The notes beneath the pieces are model-generated. The model saw only the letters and a list, made by a program, of their open reading frames with translations. It ran no database searches and had not been told where the DNA came from. Position numbers and translations under genes: made by a program. Shown piece by piece: positions 11,336 to 26,421 of a DNA stretch of 64,000 nucleotides (position 1 is its first letter; each line of letters opens with the position of its first letter). Source of the stretch: Obrimoposthia wandeli. Its lineage: Eukaryota. Location of the stretch: contig CDROCS010000652.1 in the NCBI GenBank assembly GCA_977020255.1, positions 1 through 64,000 on the forward strand, written 5' to 3'.

Positions 11336-12685
11336 CTAAATAATTGAAGGAAAAAAAACAAAGAATAAATACAAAATAGCAGAATGGAGTAATAGTTTTA
11401 AACTAAAATAATAAAGACTTGAACTACTAATCCAAAATTTAGATTTTAAAACCTTCTTCCCAAAAGAAACCAAACAATATAAAAAAATACAAAAAAAACC
11501 AGAAAAAAAAACATTAAAAACAAAAAAAACTCAAGAAAATGGCATGTTATTAACAGAAACCCCCATCAAAATAATCTCAGAAATAAGATTTAACCTAAAA
11601 GGAGCTGAACAATTACCAATACAAAGTAGAAACCAAAAAAAACATAATAGCGGTGTCACCCAATAAAACCCACGGTTTAGCCAAATATTACGAGACCCTG
11701 AAATTTCATAAAAACATTTTACACCTAAAAATAACGCAGAAGAACAAAAAGCATGAGAAAAACTAATTAAACTTGAACCAAAAAAAGACAAATACCCCCC
11801 AAACCAAATAGAAATAGAAATAAGACTCATATGTACTACTGAAGAATAAGCAACAAAAGACTTTAAATCATACTGGCGGCTACAAACTAAATTAAGAACA
11901 ACAACACCAAGCAAAAAAAAACAAACCCAAATACTAACCAAAATATTATTACCCAAATACCTAAAACTAAAAAAAGTTTGGAAAAAACGAATAAGACCAA
12001 ACACACCTAACTTTAAAAGTATGCCTGCCAAAATCATAGAGCCAAAAACAGGAGCTTCAACATGAGCCTTCGGCAGCCACAAGTGGAAACCAAAAACCGG
12101 TAACTTGATTAAAAAAGCCAAAACTCAGAAAAAAAATATGTGTCACTGTGTAGCACGCTCAAACAGATGAAACCCAACCACCAAAAAATTTTTAGCGGGG
12201 TGTTGGTATGAAAAAAAAGATCTTCTATAAAAGAAATCTGAAAAAAACATCATAATACAAAATAAAAGAGGAACAGAACCTAGTAAAGTATAAACTAAAA
12301 AATAATTAGATGCTAAAATACGCTCGGGGTTTGACCCCCAAAACAATATAAATAAAAGAATGACAACAAACCTAGATTCAAAAAATATATATAGGCGTAT
12401 CATATTACAAGAAGAGTAGAAAAAAAAAAAAACAACCAGCATATAAACAAAAAAAACATTAAACACAACAGTATTCTCTTTTAAGCAAAAAAAATAAACA
12501 AATAGTAATATGAAAAGAGAAAATAAAAAGAAAAAAGAAAAAAAAATATCATGGAATTTATTAGCAGTCTTTAAAGAAAAAAATAAAAAATAAAAATATT
12601 TATTACTAGCTAGAAAATAAACCCTAAAAGCACTAATAACAAACAAAAAAGAACACCTGTCGAAAAAAAAAACCCTAAAAACCAA
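11336..12685 (-). CDS. nad4: NADH dehydrogenase subunit 4
   Basis: The two track ORFs are in frame across TGA codons; HLWLPKAHVEAP and AYSSVVHM. Confidence 0.96.
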
Positions 12686-12960
12686 AAAAAAAACCAGACT
12701 TCACATTTTTCTTATCAAAAAAACGAACAACAAAAATTAAAACAGAAAGAGCAATAGCACCTTCACAAACAACAACACCTAAAAAAATAAAAAGGTATAG
12801 GAAGTCACCCGTTCAATTTAACTGAAACAACAAAAAAATAACTATGTATGCTATTTCAACACTAACAAAAAAATTTAACAAACGAATTTTAAAAAAATAA
12901 TAAATAAAAAAATGAAAAAACAAAAAAACAAAAACTAAAAACCCAGAATTAAATAACAAT
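12675..12960 (-). CDS. nad4L: NADH dehydrogenase subunit 4L
   Basis: VVCEGAIALSVLIFVVR; 3' end ambiguous at a poly-T run. Confidence 0.8.
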
Positions 12961-12964
12961 CTTT

Positions 12965-13950
12965 TTTTTTCTTTAGAAGTATTTTAAACACCACTTCAAT
13001 TATTAGACTACAAAACTAAAACCCAACAATTTGTAAAGAAACCCTAAAACAATTAAAAATCCTTACGTACTGCTTAATCAACATTTTAGATAAAAACCAA
13101 CCTGGTTTACACCGGTTTAAACTCAAATCATGTAAACTTTTAATAGCCGAACAGGCTAAGAACAAAAACTACTGCACCTTTTTCTAAATTTAATTCAACA
13201 TCGAGGTAAAAAACAAAATTTTCGATATGGTCTCTAAAATTTTATTTTCCTGTTAACCCTAGGGAAATTTTCCAAGTGTCAAAACTTATGAAAAATAAAT
13301 TAACGCCCCATCAAAAAATAAAAATTAAAAACTCCATTAGGGTCTTTTCGTCTTAAAGTAATATTTAGAAAAAATTTTTATTTCTAAATAAAATTAAAAA
13401 AATATAATTTTAAAACAACCTTCTTCCTAAACCCATTCAAACAATTCCACAATTAAAGGACAAATAATTATGCTACCTTTGTACAGTCAAAATACTGCAG
13501 CTATTTAGTTAAACCAGTGAGCAGGGACAATATTTTTTATAAAAAAAACAATGTTTTTAATAAACAGTGGAGAAAACTTCTGAATACAAGAATATATAAT
13601 TTTTACTAATTTTAATATATTAAAAAAAAAAATCAACTTTAAATAAATTAAAATAAAAGAACATTAGATTATTACATTGAAACTCTTTATATGAAAGATG
13701 GAGTATTTAAAAAAATTTTAAAATAAAACAAAGTACTTAATCTGAAACCACTAATTCTTAAAATCGGTGGAAAACTAACAAAAAAAATTAAAACCCGACA
13801 CAAATATCTCATAGAAAAAAATTCAATTATAATTTTTGTTAAATTTTATTATTTTTTTCTAGATCTTAAATTATTAAATCGTTTAAAAAATTACAAACGT
13901 AAAAAAACTCATCAAACCGTAATACAAAAAGTAGTAATTTAAATCTTAAC
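12965..13950 (-). rRNA. rrnL: mt large-subunit rRNA
   Basis: Plus strand shows the 16S motifs CCGGTTTAAACTCAAATCATGT, TTAATTCAACATCGAGGT and TATGCTACCTTTG. Confidence 0.92.
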
Positions 13951-14042
13951 CAGTCTAATTATTTAAATAAAAAAAATTTATACTAATAATAAAAATTAAC
14001 CTTAAAAATCAAAATTTTAAATGCAAATAACACCTGTATAAA

Positions 14043-14830
14043 TTAAATGGGACATAACAAATAAACAAAAATAAACAAAAATAATCAAACAACATCGACA
14101 AAATGCCAATACCAAAGAGCTGCCTCAAAACCAACATGGGACTGTCTAGAAAAAAAAAAGTTAAAGAAACCCCGAACCAAAAAGTAAATTATACCCAGGG
14201 TTCCCAAAAACACATGCCTGCCGTGAAGGCAGGTAGTAACATAAAAAACAGCCCCAGGAGTAGAAAAATTTACAGACATAAAACTACTTCTATACTCAAC
14301 CACTTGCACCAGTATAAACAAAAAACCAAAAATAATAGTAAGAACTAAACCAATAACAAAAAAACTGTATTTTTGAGAAAAAAGACCTCACTGAGCTAAA
14401 GAAAAAGAAAGAGCAGAATATAATAAAATAAACGAACCTAAAAACGGAATACCCCCTGCATCAACAACATTAGCGGGGAAACCCAAAGAAACATAACCAG
14501 AAGAGTTTCTAAAGTGGAAAAAAGCCCAAAAAAAACTAAAAAATAAAAAAACCTCAGAAAAAATAAATAAAACAACCGACATACGAAGACCTTGCCTTAT
14601 CTTATTAGAAAAACTTCCAACCTGTCTTTCACCTAACAAATCAAAAAACCAAACTAATACTAATACAACAATAAAAAAAAAAGAAAACTTAACATAAAAA
14701 AAACCCAATAGTTGTTTTCAAAATGCTACTAAAAAAACCAACAGGGAAAGAACCGAAACAGATAAAACTGCAGGTAAAAACCTCATAAAAACCTCATACA
14801 ATGAACAAAAATAACTCTTTTTTACCCTTA
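14043..14830 (-). CDS. cox3: Cytochrome c oxidase subunit 3
   Basis: FIFSEVFLFFSFFWAF and WYWHFVDVVW; in frame across TGA; start uncertain. Confidence 0.94.
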
Positions 14831-14869
14831 AATAATTAAAAGACTTTAAAAACATATAAGAGCTTTAAT

Positions 14870-14932
14870 TAAAATTTATTTAATTATCATTTGAATTGCA
14901 ACCAAATATTTTTTTTTTATAAACTAAAAACC
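14870..14932 (-). tRNA. trnC: mt tRNA-Cys(GCA)
   Basis: Stem TTTGG-TTGCAAT-TCAAA. Confidence 0.55.
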
Positions 14933-14964
14933 CCCAACCAATCTTGGGTTGTTTTTTTTAAACC

Positions 14965-15030
14965 TTTAAAACTAAATTTTATTCTTTAATTCCACAAATT
15001 AAAATTTTTTTTTTCTATAAACTAAAGATT
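14965..15030 (-). tRNA. trnH: mt tRNA-His(GUG)
   Basis: Perfect stem TTAAT-TTGTGGA-ATTAA. Confidence 0.65.
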
Positions 15031-15127
15031 TTAAAACAATTTAATTAAAATTAGCTAATTATAATGTTTAGCTCCCTAAAAAAAGAAAATTTTTTATGCT
15101 TAAAATACAACAAATTTTAAAAAAACC

Positions 15128-15192
15128 AAAAGTTGGAATAAAAAAAATTCCAATGTTTGGGCCGAAACCAAACTTAAAACTTTTTTTTTAAT
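15128..15192 (-). tRNA. trnR: mt tRNA-Arg(UCG)
   Basis: Perfect stem TTTGG-TTTCGGC-CCAAA. Confidence 0.65.
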
Positions 15193-15202
15193 AATATATA
15201 AA

Positions 15203-16750
<1,548 letters not shown>

Positions 16751-16852
16751 ACCTCTTGAAACACTTAATCTGCTTCTGAAAATAACTAAAATTGAAAACC
16801 TTTTTTTGTTTCAAATTGTTTTTTTTTTAAAAAAATAATTTTTTTTTTAATT

Positions 16853-17581
16853 TTAAAACCAAAGCAAAATTGTTAGAAACCTAATAAAAATAATATTCCC
16901 ATACTCCCCCAGAAACAAAAAAGCAAAACCCAAAGCACCATACTCCGTGTTAAAACCAGAAACTAGCTCACTCTCCCCCTCTGAAAAATCAAAAGGTGCA
17001 CGGTTAGTCTCAGCAACGCAAAACATAAACCAAATAAAAAATAAAAACGAAAAAACAACCCAGAAAAAAAAACCAAACATTTTAAAAAAAAACAAATTAT
17101 AATTACCAACCCAAACAACCAAAAAAAATACTAAAAAAATAAAACCAACCTCATAAGAAATAACTTGAGCTGCACCACGCAAAGAACCAAGTAAAGAATA
17201 CTTTGAATTACTACCCCAACCAGAACCTAATTTAGAGTAGACATTTAAAGAAGAAACACAAAAAAAAACCAATAGTCCAAAGTAAAATTTATTTTTTGAA
17301 TCCCCAACAGGAAAAAAAAACCAAACCGTAAATAGAAGTATAACACTAAATAAAGAAGAGGTTCAAAAAACAAATATGTTTGTTTTACCTGGTTGGAAAG
17401 AATACTTTACCAACAACTTAATAGCATCTGCCAAAGGAGTTAGAAGACCTAAAAAACCAACCTTATTTGGGCCCTTACGTATCTGAATATATCTCATAAT
17501 CTTTCGCTCCAGCATAGTAATAAAAACAACAGATAGTAAAACACTCACAACTAAAAATATATATTTAACAAAAAACAACAT
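16853..17581 (-). CDS. nad1: N-terminal major piece of NADH dehydrogenase subunit 1 (nad1a), 242 aa
   Basis: ERK...RKGPNKVG, LGSLRGAAQVISYE and ETNRAPFDFSEGESELVSGFNTEY; ends in TAA after LLWF without the PRxRYD segment. Confidence 0.95.
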
Positions 17582-17591
17582 ACAAAGATAA

Positions 17592-17655
17592 AAAACTTTA
17601 AAGTCTATCTTTTAAACGTAAATTAAAAATATTTGTTTATACTATATATCTTAAA
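17592..17655 (-). tRNA. trnV: mt tRNA-Val(UAC)
   Basis: Perfect stem TTTAA-TTTACGT-TTAAA. Confidence 0.65.
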
Positions 17656-17733
17656 AGATTTTCTGAAAAACAACAAGTTTATCTTTAAATTTACAATTTA
17701 GTATTTTTATTAAAATATTCAAAAAAGAAAAAA

Positions 17734-17795
17734 TTTATAATTTCATTATAAGACCCTAAATCTAACGCATTTATTTCTTCTGCCATTCTTAAAAT
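17734..17795 (-). tRNA. trnL1: mt tRNA-Leu(UAG), second copy
   Basis: Near-identical to 1-60. Confidence 0.6.
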
Positions 17796-17827
17796 TTTTA
17801 AACCTTTTGGGCCATTCCACGAAAATT

Positions 17828-17895
17828 GCCAGTTATTTAGAAGTCTTCTAACTTCTCTTTTTTATTTTCAAAATAAAAAATGTTATTTAAAATAA
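17828..17895 (-). tRNA. trnF: mt tRNA-Phe, second copy with an extra base in the anticodon loop
   Basis: Aligns to 95-160; loop reads TTAGAAGA. Confidence 0.45.
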
Positions 17896-18650
17896 CAAAG
17901 TCCAACTTCAGTTAGACTTACCATGTTACGACTTATTTTTCAAAAAAAATTGACGGGCGGTGTGTACATAAAAAATTTTAATTTCAAAATTTCAAACTAG
18001 AAAATTTTTACTTTCGAGTCCTAAAACAAAAAAACTAAATTTGAGTTAAATGAAATCTGTCTTTAAAGTAGTGAATGAGTAATAACCAGAAAAACAGCAC
18101 AACGATTTGTATTTAGGAGTTTTTATCTTAAGACAAATCCTTAGTTTAGACAACCGTACACTAATAAATTGCCAGTTTTAATTATTAGGTGTAACTTCCT
18201 TAAAACCACACACTCCCCAGAAATTTTTACTTACTGCCAAATCTTTTTATTTTTTAAAGAAAAATAATTAAAATATAAGCATTTATTTATAGCTGAGTAC
18301 CAAATTCAGGTTTAATTTGTAAGCTTTCCCCTATTATAAATTTTAACGGTACTAAAATAATAAATTTAACCCCAATTGTATATAAAAACAACAATATTGA
18401 GAAATTATAATTTATATGGTTTTTCTTCTTAAATAAAAACACAATTAGGACATTAACAAGTATAACCGCAGATGCTGGCACTTTTTTTTTCTACCTGACA
18501 AACTTTTATACTTGTTCTTTATTAAATTAAACAAAAACGCACATCTACATGAAGGTTTAGTTAAAAAACCTGCTAAAACTTTTTTATTTAATTGTTTAAT
18601 GTTTTATACAAAAGCTTCGGTTTTTATAAAACCAAAATCAAATTTTATAT
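17895..18650 (-). rRNA. rrnS: mt small-subunit rRNA (copy 2)
   Basis: Same motifs as copy 1; differs mostly by small indels. Confidence 0.9.
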
Positions 18651-18651
18651 A

Positions 18652-18715
18652 AATTACCAATGAGAGTTTATTAAGACCATGAATCTTACAGTTTATTATA
18701 ACTTAAATTTACTTT
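18652..18715 (-). tRNA. trnM: mt tRNA-Met(CAU), second copy
   Basis: Same anticodon arm as 922-987. Confidence 0.62.
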
Positions 18716-18721
18716 TTTGTT

Positions 18722-18785
18722 TTCTTTAAAAAAAGAGTCTTTAAATTGGAAATTTAACATAATAAATATAATAAAACAAACACCC
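18722..18785 (-). tRNA. trnG: mt tRNA-Gly(UCC), second copy
   Basis: Same anticodon arm as 992-1055. Confidence 0.62.
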
Positions 18786-19400
18786 TAAAAAACAAACAAA
18801 TCATAAAAAATAAAACAATAATATTAAACAAAAAAAACAAGTTAAATACACTAATTTTAGAAAGTTGAACCACTCAAAAATGATCTATAAGAAATTAGTT
18901 TTTCTTTTCCAATGAAGTAAGAATTCAAGACTTTTTATAAGCTAATAGACCATGTTGTGTGTTTTTTCCCAAATATCGTAGTTTTTTTAAAAACCTGCCA
19001 TTTTACCCGGCAAAAATTAGGGTTTTGGGGGGTGTTTTTTGGCCTGCAAGGGGGGTTAACTGTAGAGCTGTTTTTCTTAATAAATGCCTGGTAAATTATA
19101 GTCTAATATTTTGAGGAAAACCCATCTAAGTTTCTTCAAAACTTTACTTTTTTTTTTAATATTTTAAGCTATCAAAATCTAAAATCTATAAATATAACAA
19201 ATTAAAATAACAACTTGTTTTATAAAATTTAATACTAAATAAACTTTAAAATCTCAATAAAAATAGACCCTCTGTTTTAAACAAATCGTTTGATTATTTT
19301 TTTTACTATTAGGGTTTTTTAACCACCTGTTATGTCGGGGTTTTTTGTTTTAATTTATTAATATTAAAAAAGAAAAAAAAGGTTTTGATTTATAGTATAA

Positions 19401-22400
19401 AGTGAACACACTTCTTTATATAAAGGGGTTTTTTTTTCCCCATAATATACCGCAAGAATTAAAACTAACAACCTTTCATAAAAACAAAACCCATATTCCA
19501 AACAAACTAGGTGTGATGCACACAAGTTTTATTAAAACACTATACAATAGTACAAATATTTTAACCCATAATAAAACTAAAAACTAGTAAACCCCCAAAC
19601 CCACTAAAAAGGTTTGGTGAATAAATAGTAAATACAAAAGTTTAACCCTTTGTGGTGTTTACCAGGCCTTTTACTTAGAATTTTTTTAGTCAGTTTTTGA
19701 CCCTTTTACCAACCCTTTCAATAGTAAAGAATTTTAATAAAAAAAATTTGTATAAATTTAGGCACTAAAAATTAGAAATTACCAGGCTTAAATAAAGAAT
19801 AAAAAAAATAAACACTTCTCTATATAAAGGGGTTTTTTTTTCCCCATAATATACCGCAAGAATTAAAACTAACAACCTTTCATAAAAACAAAACCCATAT
19901 TCCAAACAAACTAGGTGTGATGCACACAAGTTTTATTAAAACACTATACAATAGTACAAATATTTTAACCCATAATAAAACTAAAAACTAGTAAACCCCC
20001 AACCCACTAAAAAGGTTTGGTGAATAAATAGTAAATACAAAAGTTTAACCCTTTGTGGTGTTTACCAGGCCTTTTACTTAGAATTTTTTTAGTCAGTTTT
20101 TGACCCTTTTACCAACCCTTTCAATAGTAAAGAATTTTAATAAAAAAAATTTGTATAAATTTAGGCACTAAAAATTAGAAATTACCAGGCTTAAATAAAG
20201 AATAAAAAAAATAAACACTTCTCTATATAAAGGGGTTTTTTTCCCCATAATATACCGCAAGAATTAAAACTAACAACCTTTCATAAAAACAAAACCCATA
20301 TTCCAAACAAACTAGGTGTGATGCACACAAGTTTTATTAAAACACTATACAATAGTACAAATATTTTAACCCATAATAAAACTAAAAACTAGTAAACCCC
20401 CAACCCACTAAAAAGGTTTGGTGAATAAATAGTAAATACAAAAGTTTAACCCTTTGTGGTGTTTACCAGGCCTTTTACTTAGAATTTTTTTAGTCAGTTT
20501 TTGACCCTTTTACCAACCCTTTCAATAGTAAAGAATTTTAATAAAAAAAATTTGTATAAATTTAGGCACTAAAAATTAGAAATTACCAGGCTTAAATAAA
20601 GAATAAAAAAAATAAACACTTCTCTATATAAAGGGGTTTTTTTTTCCCCATAATATACCGCAAGAATTAAAACTAACAACCTTTCATAAAAACAAAACCC
20701 ATATTCCAAACAAACTAGGTGTGATGCACACAAGTTTTATTAAAACACTATACAATAGTACAAATATTTTAACCCATAATAAAACTAAAAACTAGTAAAC
20801 CCCCAACCCACTAAAAAGGTTTGGTGAATAAATAGTAAATAAAAAAGTTTAACCCTTTGTGGTGTTTACCAGGCCTTTTACTTAGAATTTTTTTAGTCAG
20901 TTTTTGACCCTTTTACCAACCCTTTCAATAGTAAAGAATTTTAATAAAAAAAATTTGTATAAATTTAGGCACTAAAAATTAGAAATTACCAGGCTTAAAT
21001 AAAGAATAAAAAAAATAAACACTTCTCTATATAAAGGGGTTTTTTTTTCCCCATAATATACCGCAAGAATTAAAACTAACAACCTTTCATAAAAACAAAA
21101 CCCATATTCCAAACAAACTAGGTGTGATGCACACAAGTTTTATTAAAACACTATACAATAGTACAAATATTTTAACCCATAATAAAACTAAAAACTAGTA
21201 AACCCCCAACCCACTAAAAGGTTTGGTGAATAAATAGTAAATACAAAAGTTTAACCCTTTGTGGTGTTTACCAGGCCTTTTACTTAGAATTTTTTTAGTC
21301 AGTTTTTGACCCTTTTACCAACCCTTTCAATAGTAAAGAATTTTAATAAAAAAAATTTGTATAAATTTAGGCACTAAAAATTAGAAATTACCAGGCTTAA
21401 ATAAAGAATAAAAAAAATAAACACTTCTCTATATAAAGGGGTTTTTTTTTCCCCATAATATACCGCAAGAATTAAAACTAACAACCTTTCATAAAAACAA
21501 AACCCATATTCCAAACAAACTAGGTGTGATGCACACAAGTTTTATTAAAACACTATACAATAGTACAAATATTTTAACCCATAATAAAACTAAAAACTAG
21601 TAAACCCCCAACCCACTAAAAAGGTTTGGTGAATAAATAGTAAATAAAAAAGTTTAACCCTTTGTGGTGTTTACCAGGCCTTTTACTTAGAATTTTTTTA
21701 GTCAGTTTTTGACCCTTTTACCAACCCTTTCAATAGTAAAGAATTTTAATAAAAAAATTTGTATAAATTTAGGCACTAAAAATTAGAAATTACCAGGCTT
21801 AAATAAAGAATAAAAAAATAAACACTTCTCTATATAAAGGGGTTTTTTTTTCCCCATAATATACCGCAAGAATTAAAACTAACAACCTTTCATAAAAACA
21901 AAACCCATATTCCAAACAAACTAGGTGTGATGCACACAAGTTTTATTAAAACACTATACAATAGTACAAATATTTTAACCCATAATAAAACTAAAAACTA
22001 GTAAACCCCCAACCCACTAAAAAGGTTTGGTGAATAAATAGTAAATACAAAAGTTTAACCCTTTGTGGTGTTTACCAGGCCTTTTACTTAGAATTTTTTT
22101 AGTCAGTTTTTGACCCTTTTACCAACCCTTTCAATAGTAAAGAATTTTAATAAAAAAAATTTGTATAAATTTAGGCACTAAAAATTAGAAATTACCAGGC
22201 TTAAATAAAGAATAAAAAAAATAAACACTTCTCTATATAAAGGGGTTTTTTTTTCCCCATAATATACCGCAAGAATTAAAACTAACAACCTTTCATAAAA
22301 ACAAAACCCATATTCCAAACAAACTAGGTGTGATGCACACAAGTTTTATTAAAACACTATACAATAGTACAAATATTTTAACCCATAATAAAACTAAAAA

Positions 22401-23455
22401 CTAGTAAACCCCCAAACCCACTAAAAAGGTTTGGTGAATAAATAGTAAATACAAAAGTTTAACCCTTTGTGGTGTTTACCAGGCCTTTTACTTAGAATTT
22501 TTTTAGTCAGTTTTTGACCCTTTTACCAACCCTTTCAATAGTAAAGAATTTTAATAAAAAAATTTGTATAAATTTAGGCACTAAAAATTAGAAATTACCA
22601 GGCTTAAATAAAGAATAAAAAAAATAAACACTTCTCTATATAAAGGGGTTTTTTTTCCCCAAAAAAAAACCGAAAAAATAAAAACTAACAACCTTTCATA
22701 AAAACAAAACCCATATTCCAAACAAACTAGGTGTGATGCACACAAGTTTTATTAAAACACTATACAATAGTACAAATATTTTAACCCATAATAAAACTAA
22801 AAACTAGTAAACCCCCAACCCACTAAAAAGGTTTGGTGAATAAATAGTAAATACAAAAGTTTAACCCTTTGTGGTGTTTACCAGGCCTTTTACTTAGAAT
22901 TTTTTTAGTCAGTTTTTGACCCTTTACCAACCCTAACAAGAGTAAAGAATATTAATGAAAAATATTTATATAAATTTAGGCACTAAAAATTAGAAATTAC
23001 CAGGCTTAAATAAAGAATAAAAAAATAAACACTTCTCTATATAAAGGGGTTTTTTTTTTCCTAAATACCACAAAATTAAAACTAAGAACCTTCAATAAAA
23101 AAATAAACCCATATTTCACCAAACTAGGTGTGATGCACACAAGTTTTATTAAAACACTATACAATAGTACAAATATTTTAACCCATAATAAAACTAAAAA
23201 CTAGTAAACCCCCAACCCACTAAAAAGGTTTGGTGAATAAATAGTAAATAAAAAGTTTTACCCTTTTGGGGTTTTTACCGGCCTTTTTATTTAGAATTTT
23301 TTTAGTAATTTTTTGCCCCTTTACCAACCCTTTCAATAGTAAAGAATTTTAATAAAAAAAATTTGTATAAATTTAGGCACTAAAAATTAGAAATTACCAG
23401 GCTTAAATAAAGAATAAAAAAAATAAACACTTCTCTATATAAAGGGGTTTTTTTT
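19401..23455. repeat. Second tandem array of the ~403-bp unit, about 10 copies; last units garbled
   Basis: Unit essentially identical to that of 1545-4670. Confidence 0.96.
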
Positions 23456-24217
23456 CCACCACGAGAATAAAACTAAGAACCTTTCAATAAAAAAATAAAC
23501 CCATATTTCACCAAGAAGGGTTTGTTTTAACAATATATAAATTGACAAACCGGCAATAATAAAAAAGAAACCAATAAAAAAAAAACAAAAAAATACAACT
23601 ATTGTAAAAAACCCTACTAAAAACTTTTAAACAAATAGTAAATAACAAAACAGTTTAAAGCGGTTTTTTTATTTTTTAGTTGTTTTTTCACAACCTTTCA
23701 ATAGTAAAGAATAATAAAAAAGTATAAATAATAAAAATAAACCAAGAGCTGTTAAATAAAGAAAAAAAAAAAATAAACACCAATCTTACTATATAAAGCT
23801 TTTTTTTATTTCAATTAAAGAGAATAAAATAAGAATCAAAAAAAAAAAAAAAACCCATATTTCACCCCCAAATGAAGGGAACAACCTTTTGAACCACTTT
23901 TAAAAAAAAACAATACCACTTCAATTTGAGATTAACCACCAAGGAAATGGAAAAAACCCCATATTTAAAAACAAGCCTAAGACAAAAAGAATATATATTT
24001 GACTAATAATAGATAAATAAAGAAAAAGAGAGCTTAATATTTTAACAACAAAATAGCTTATTATTTGTGGGTTTGTGTGGTTATCTTTTCTAAACAATAT
24101 TAATACTAATACACAATATAGTTTTAACTCCAAAGACAAACACAACCACAAAAATTTATGAGATCTTATACACATAAATAGAGAGACTAAAGAAAAAAAA
24201 TAGACTAATGAGACCAT
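23455..24217 (-). pseudogene. nad2: nad2 second copy; 3' half shortened and scrambled
   Basis: 5' 98 codons align to copy 1; 23455-23935 is shorter and interleaved with repeat-unit fragments. Confidence 0.85.
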
Positions 24218-24544
24218 TTAAGCAACCCTCGCCGAAGCTCCTCTAAAACACCAAGCACCAATATTAAAAAAAACAAAGCGTAAGGTAACATTTTTTTAAA
24301 ATAAAAAAAATTACTATCATAAGGTAGTTGTAAAAGTAAGCAAATCTCAAGATCAAAAACAACAAAAATAATTAAAATAGAAAAAAAACGCAATGAGAAT
24401 GGTAGCCGAGCCTTATCCTTAGAATCAAAACCACACTCAAAAGAACTTAAAGACTCTCGGTATTTGTTAAAATTATTAACCCAATAAACCCAAACAGTGA
24501 GAATAAAAAAAAACAATCAAAAAACCAAAAAAAAGATTAAGCAA
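24205..24544 (-). pseudogene. nad3: nad3 second copy, frameshift near the 5' end
   Basis: Aligns to 5540-5881; shorter poly-A run. Confidence 0.9.
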
Positions 24545-25162
24545 TATTTAAATTGATAGGCCTAAAAGAATGATTAGCCCCACAAATCTCAGAACATTGG
24601 CCATAGAAAGAACCATATTTATTTAAAGAAAAAAAGATTGTTTTAAACGACCTGGGACCCCATCTAGCTTTACCCCCAACTGGGGGATAGCAAAACTGTG
24701 TATAACATCTTTAGAACCAACTAACAAACGAACCAAAGAACCATCAAAAGGAAGGTTAACAGATTTATCAACCCCTAGGTTAACCAAAGAACTAGTGTTA
24801 GACATATAAGAATCGTACTCTAAAGTTCTATCAGAAGAGATAACCCCATAGCCCCAATACCACTGATAACCTATACACTTTAGAGTTAAAACTGGATTCT
24901 CAATCCTAGGAAAATCAGTCAAATATATTAAAAGTAGACTGGGAATAGCCAATCTTAAAAGAATAATACCAGGAAGAACTGTTCAAACAACTTCTACCCC
25001 CCTATCCTCAATATAATCTAAATAAAAATAACTTATAAAAAAATAAGCAACAATTAAAACTAAAACAAGAAAAGCAATTAAAACAACAACAAACATACCA
25101 TGATCGTGAAAACTATCTATGTACCCCATAACAGAACTGACACCTTTTAATAACAAAACCAC
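24537..25162 (-). pseudogene. cox2: cox2 second copy, frameshifted
   Basis: 1-nt deletion at ~24630; about 33 substitutions in 420 bp versus copy 1 (manual alignment). Confidence 0.92.
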
Positions 25163-25215
25163 CCCTTATAAAATAAACTGTTTTTAAAATAAATAAAAAC
25201 AAAAATAAGGGTGGT

Positions 25216-26310
25216 TTAATAACTCTTTAAATTATAGTGGTAGTTTAAATAAACAATATAAAAATATATAAAAAAAGAAAGAGGACAACTGACCAATAGT
25301 AACATACGGTGGTTCTACTGGCTTTACCCCAATTCACATTAAAATAAAAAAGTTAACAACCCAAACTATAAAAACCACCTGGTGGAAATATTTATATTGA
25401 AAACCAACAAATAAATGTGAAAACCTAATAAGGGGTAATAAAAAATAAACTAAAACAAAAAAAACCAAAGCAATAACACCACCTAGCTTTTTTGGAATTG
25501 AGCGTAAAATAGCATATGCAGGTAAAAAATACCACTCAGGTTGTATGTGGACTGGGGTTGAAAGAGGTTTAGCAAGTAAAAAGTTAGCCTCATCCATAAA
25601 TAAATAAGGAAAATAACAAACCAAAATAAGACCAACAATAAAAAAAATAAAAAAAACAAAAAAATCCTTAAACCTAAACCATTTATGAAAAAAAACCTTA
25701 TCTCCAGAAGAACTAACACCCAGCGGGTTATTAGATCCCTTATCGTGTAATAAAATCACATGAACTAGGGAAAAAAATAAAATTACAAAAGGAAGCAGAA
25801 AATGCAATCTAAAAAAACGATTTATAGTAACTAAACTAACTGAGTAACCACCCCACAACCATAAAACAATCTCACCACCTACATAGGGGAGGGCAGAAAA
25901 TAAATTAGTAATAACTGTTGCACCCCAGTATGACATTTTACCCCAAGGAAGAACATAACCTAAAAAAGCAACAGCCATTGAAAGAACAAAAATTATATAA
26001 CCAACTAGCCAAACTAAATTTCTACGAATAAAAGAAAAATAATAAATACCCCGGAACATATGTAGATATAAAAAAACAAAAAAAAAGTTGCACCTTTACA
26101 GTGAATAAAACGAAAAAACCAACCATTTGATAAATCCCGTATAATAAAATCAACAGTCAAAAAAGGATCCCTAACAGAAAAAAACAAAGTTAATAATAAA
26201 CCAGAAACAACTTGAACAGCTAAAAATAAACCCAATAAACTTCCAAACCTTCAAAAATAAGAAATATTCTTAGGGGACGGTAATTGTAAAAAAGCATTAA
26301 CTATAGTTAT
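25216..26310 (-). pseudogene. cob: cob second copy, frameshifted
   Basis: Split into two frames at a poly-A run near 26075. Confidence 0.92.
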
Positions 26311-26319
26311 TTAAAACAG

Positions 26320-26385
26320 TTTTAAAGAAAAACTTCTTTTGGTTAACAGCCAAATATTAAAATATAAACTATGTTTTATTAAAAC
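26320..26385 (-). tRNA. trnN: mt tRNA-Asn(GUU), second copy
   Basis: Same anticodon arm as 7660-7725. Confidence 0.62.
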
Positions 26386-26421
26386 ACACACCCCCAAATA
26401 AAATGACCCCTTTTAGTTTAT

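Noticed and set aside
14103-14348. Plus-strand Lys/Asn-rich ORFs in the mtDNA (also 19402-19587)
   Set aside because: They are antisense shadows of T-rich genes or of the repeat unit.
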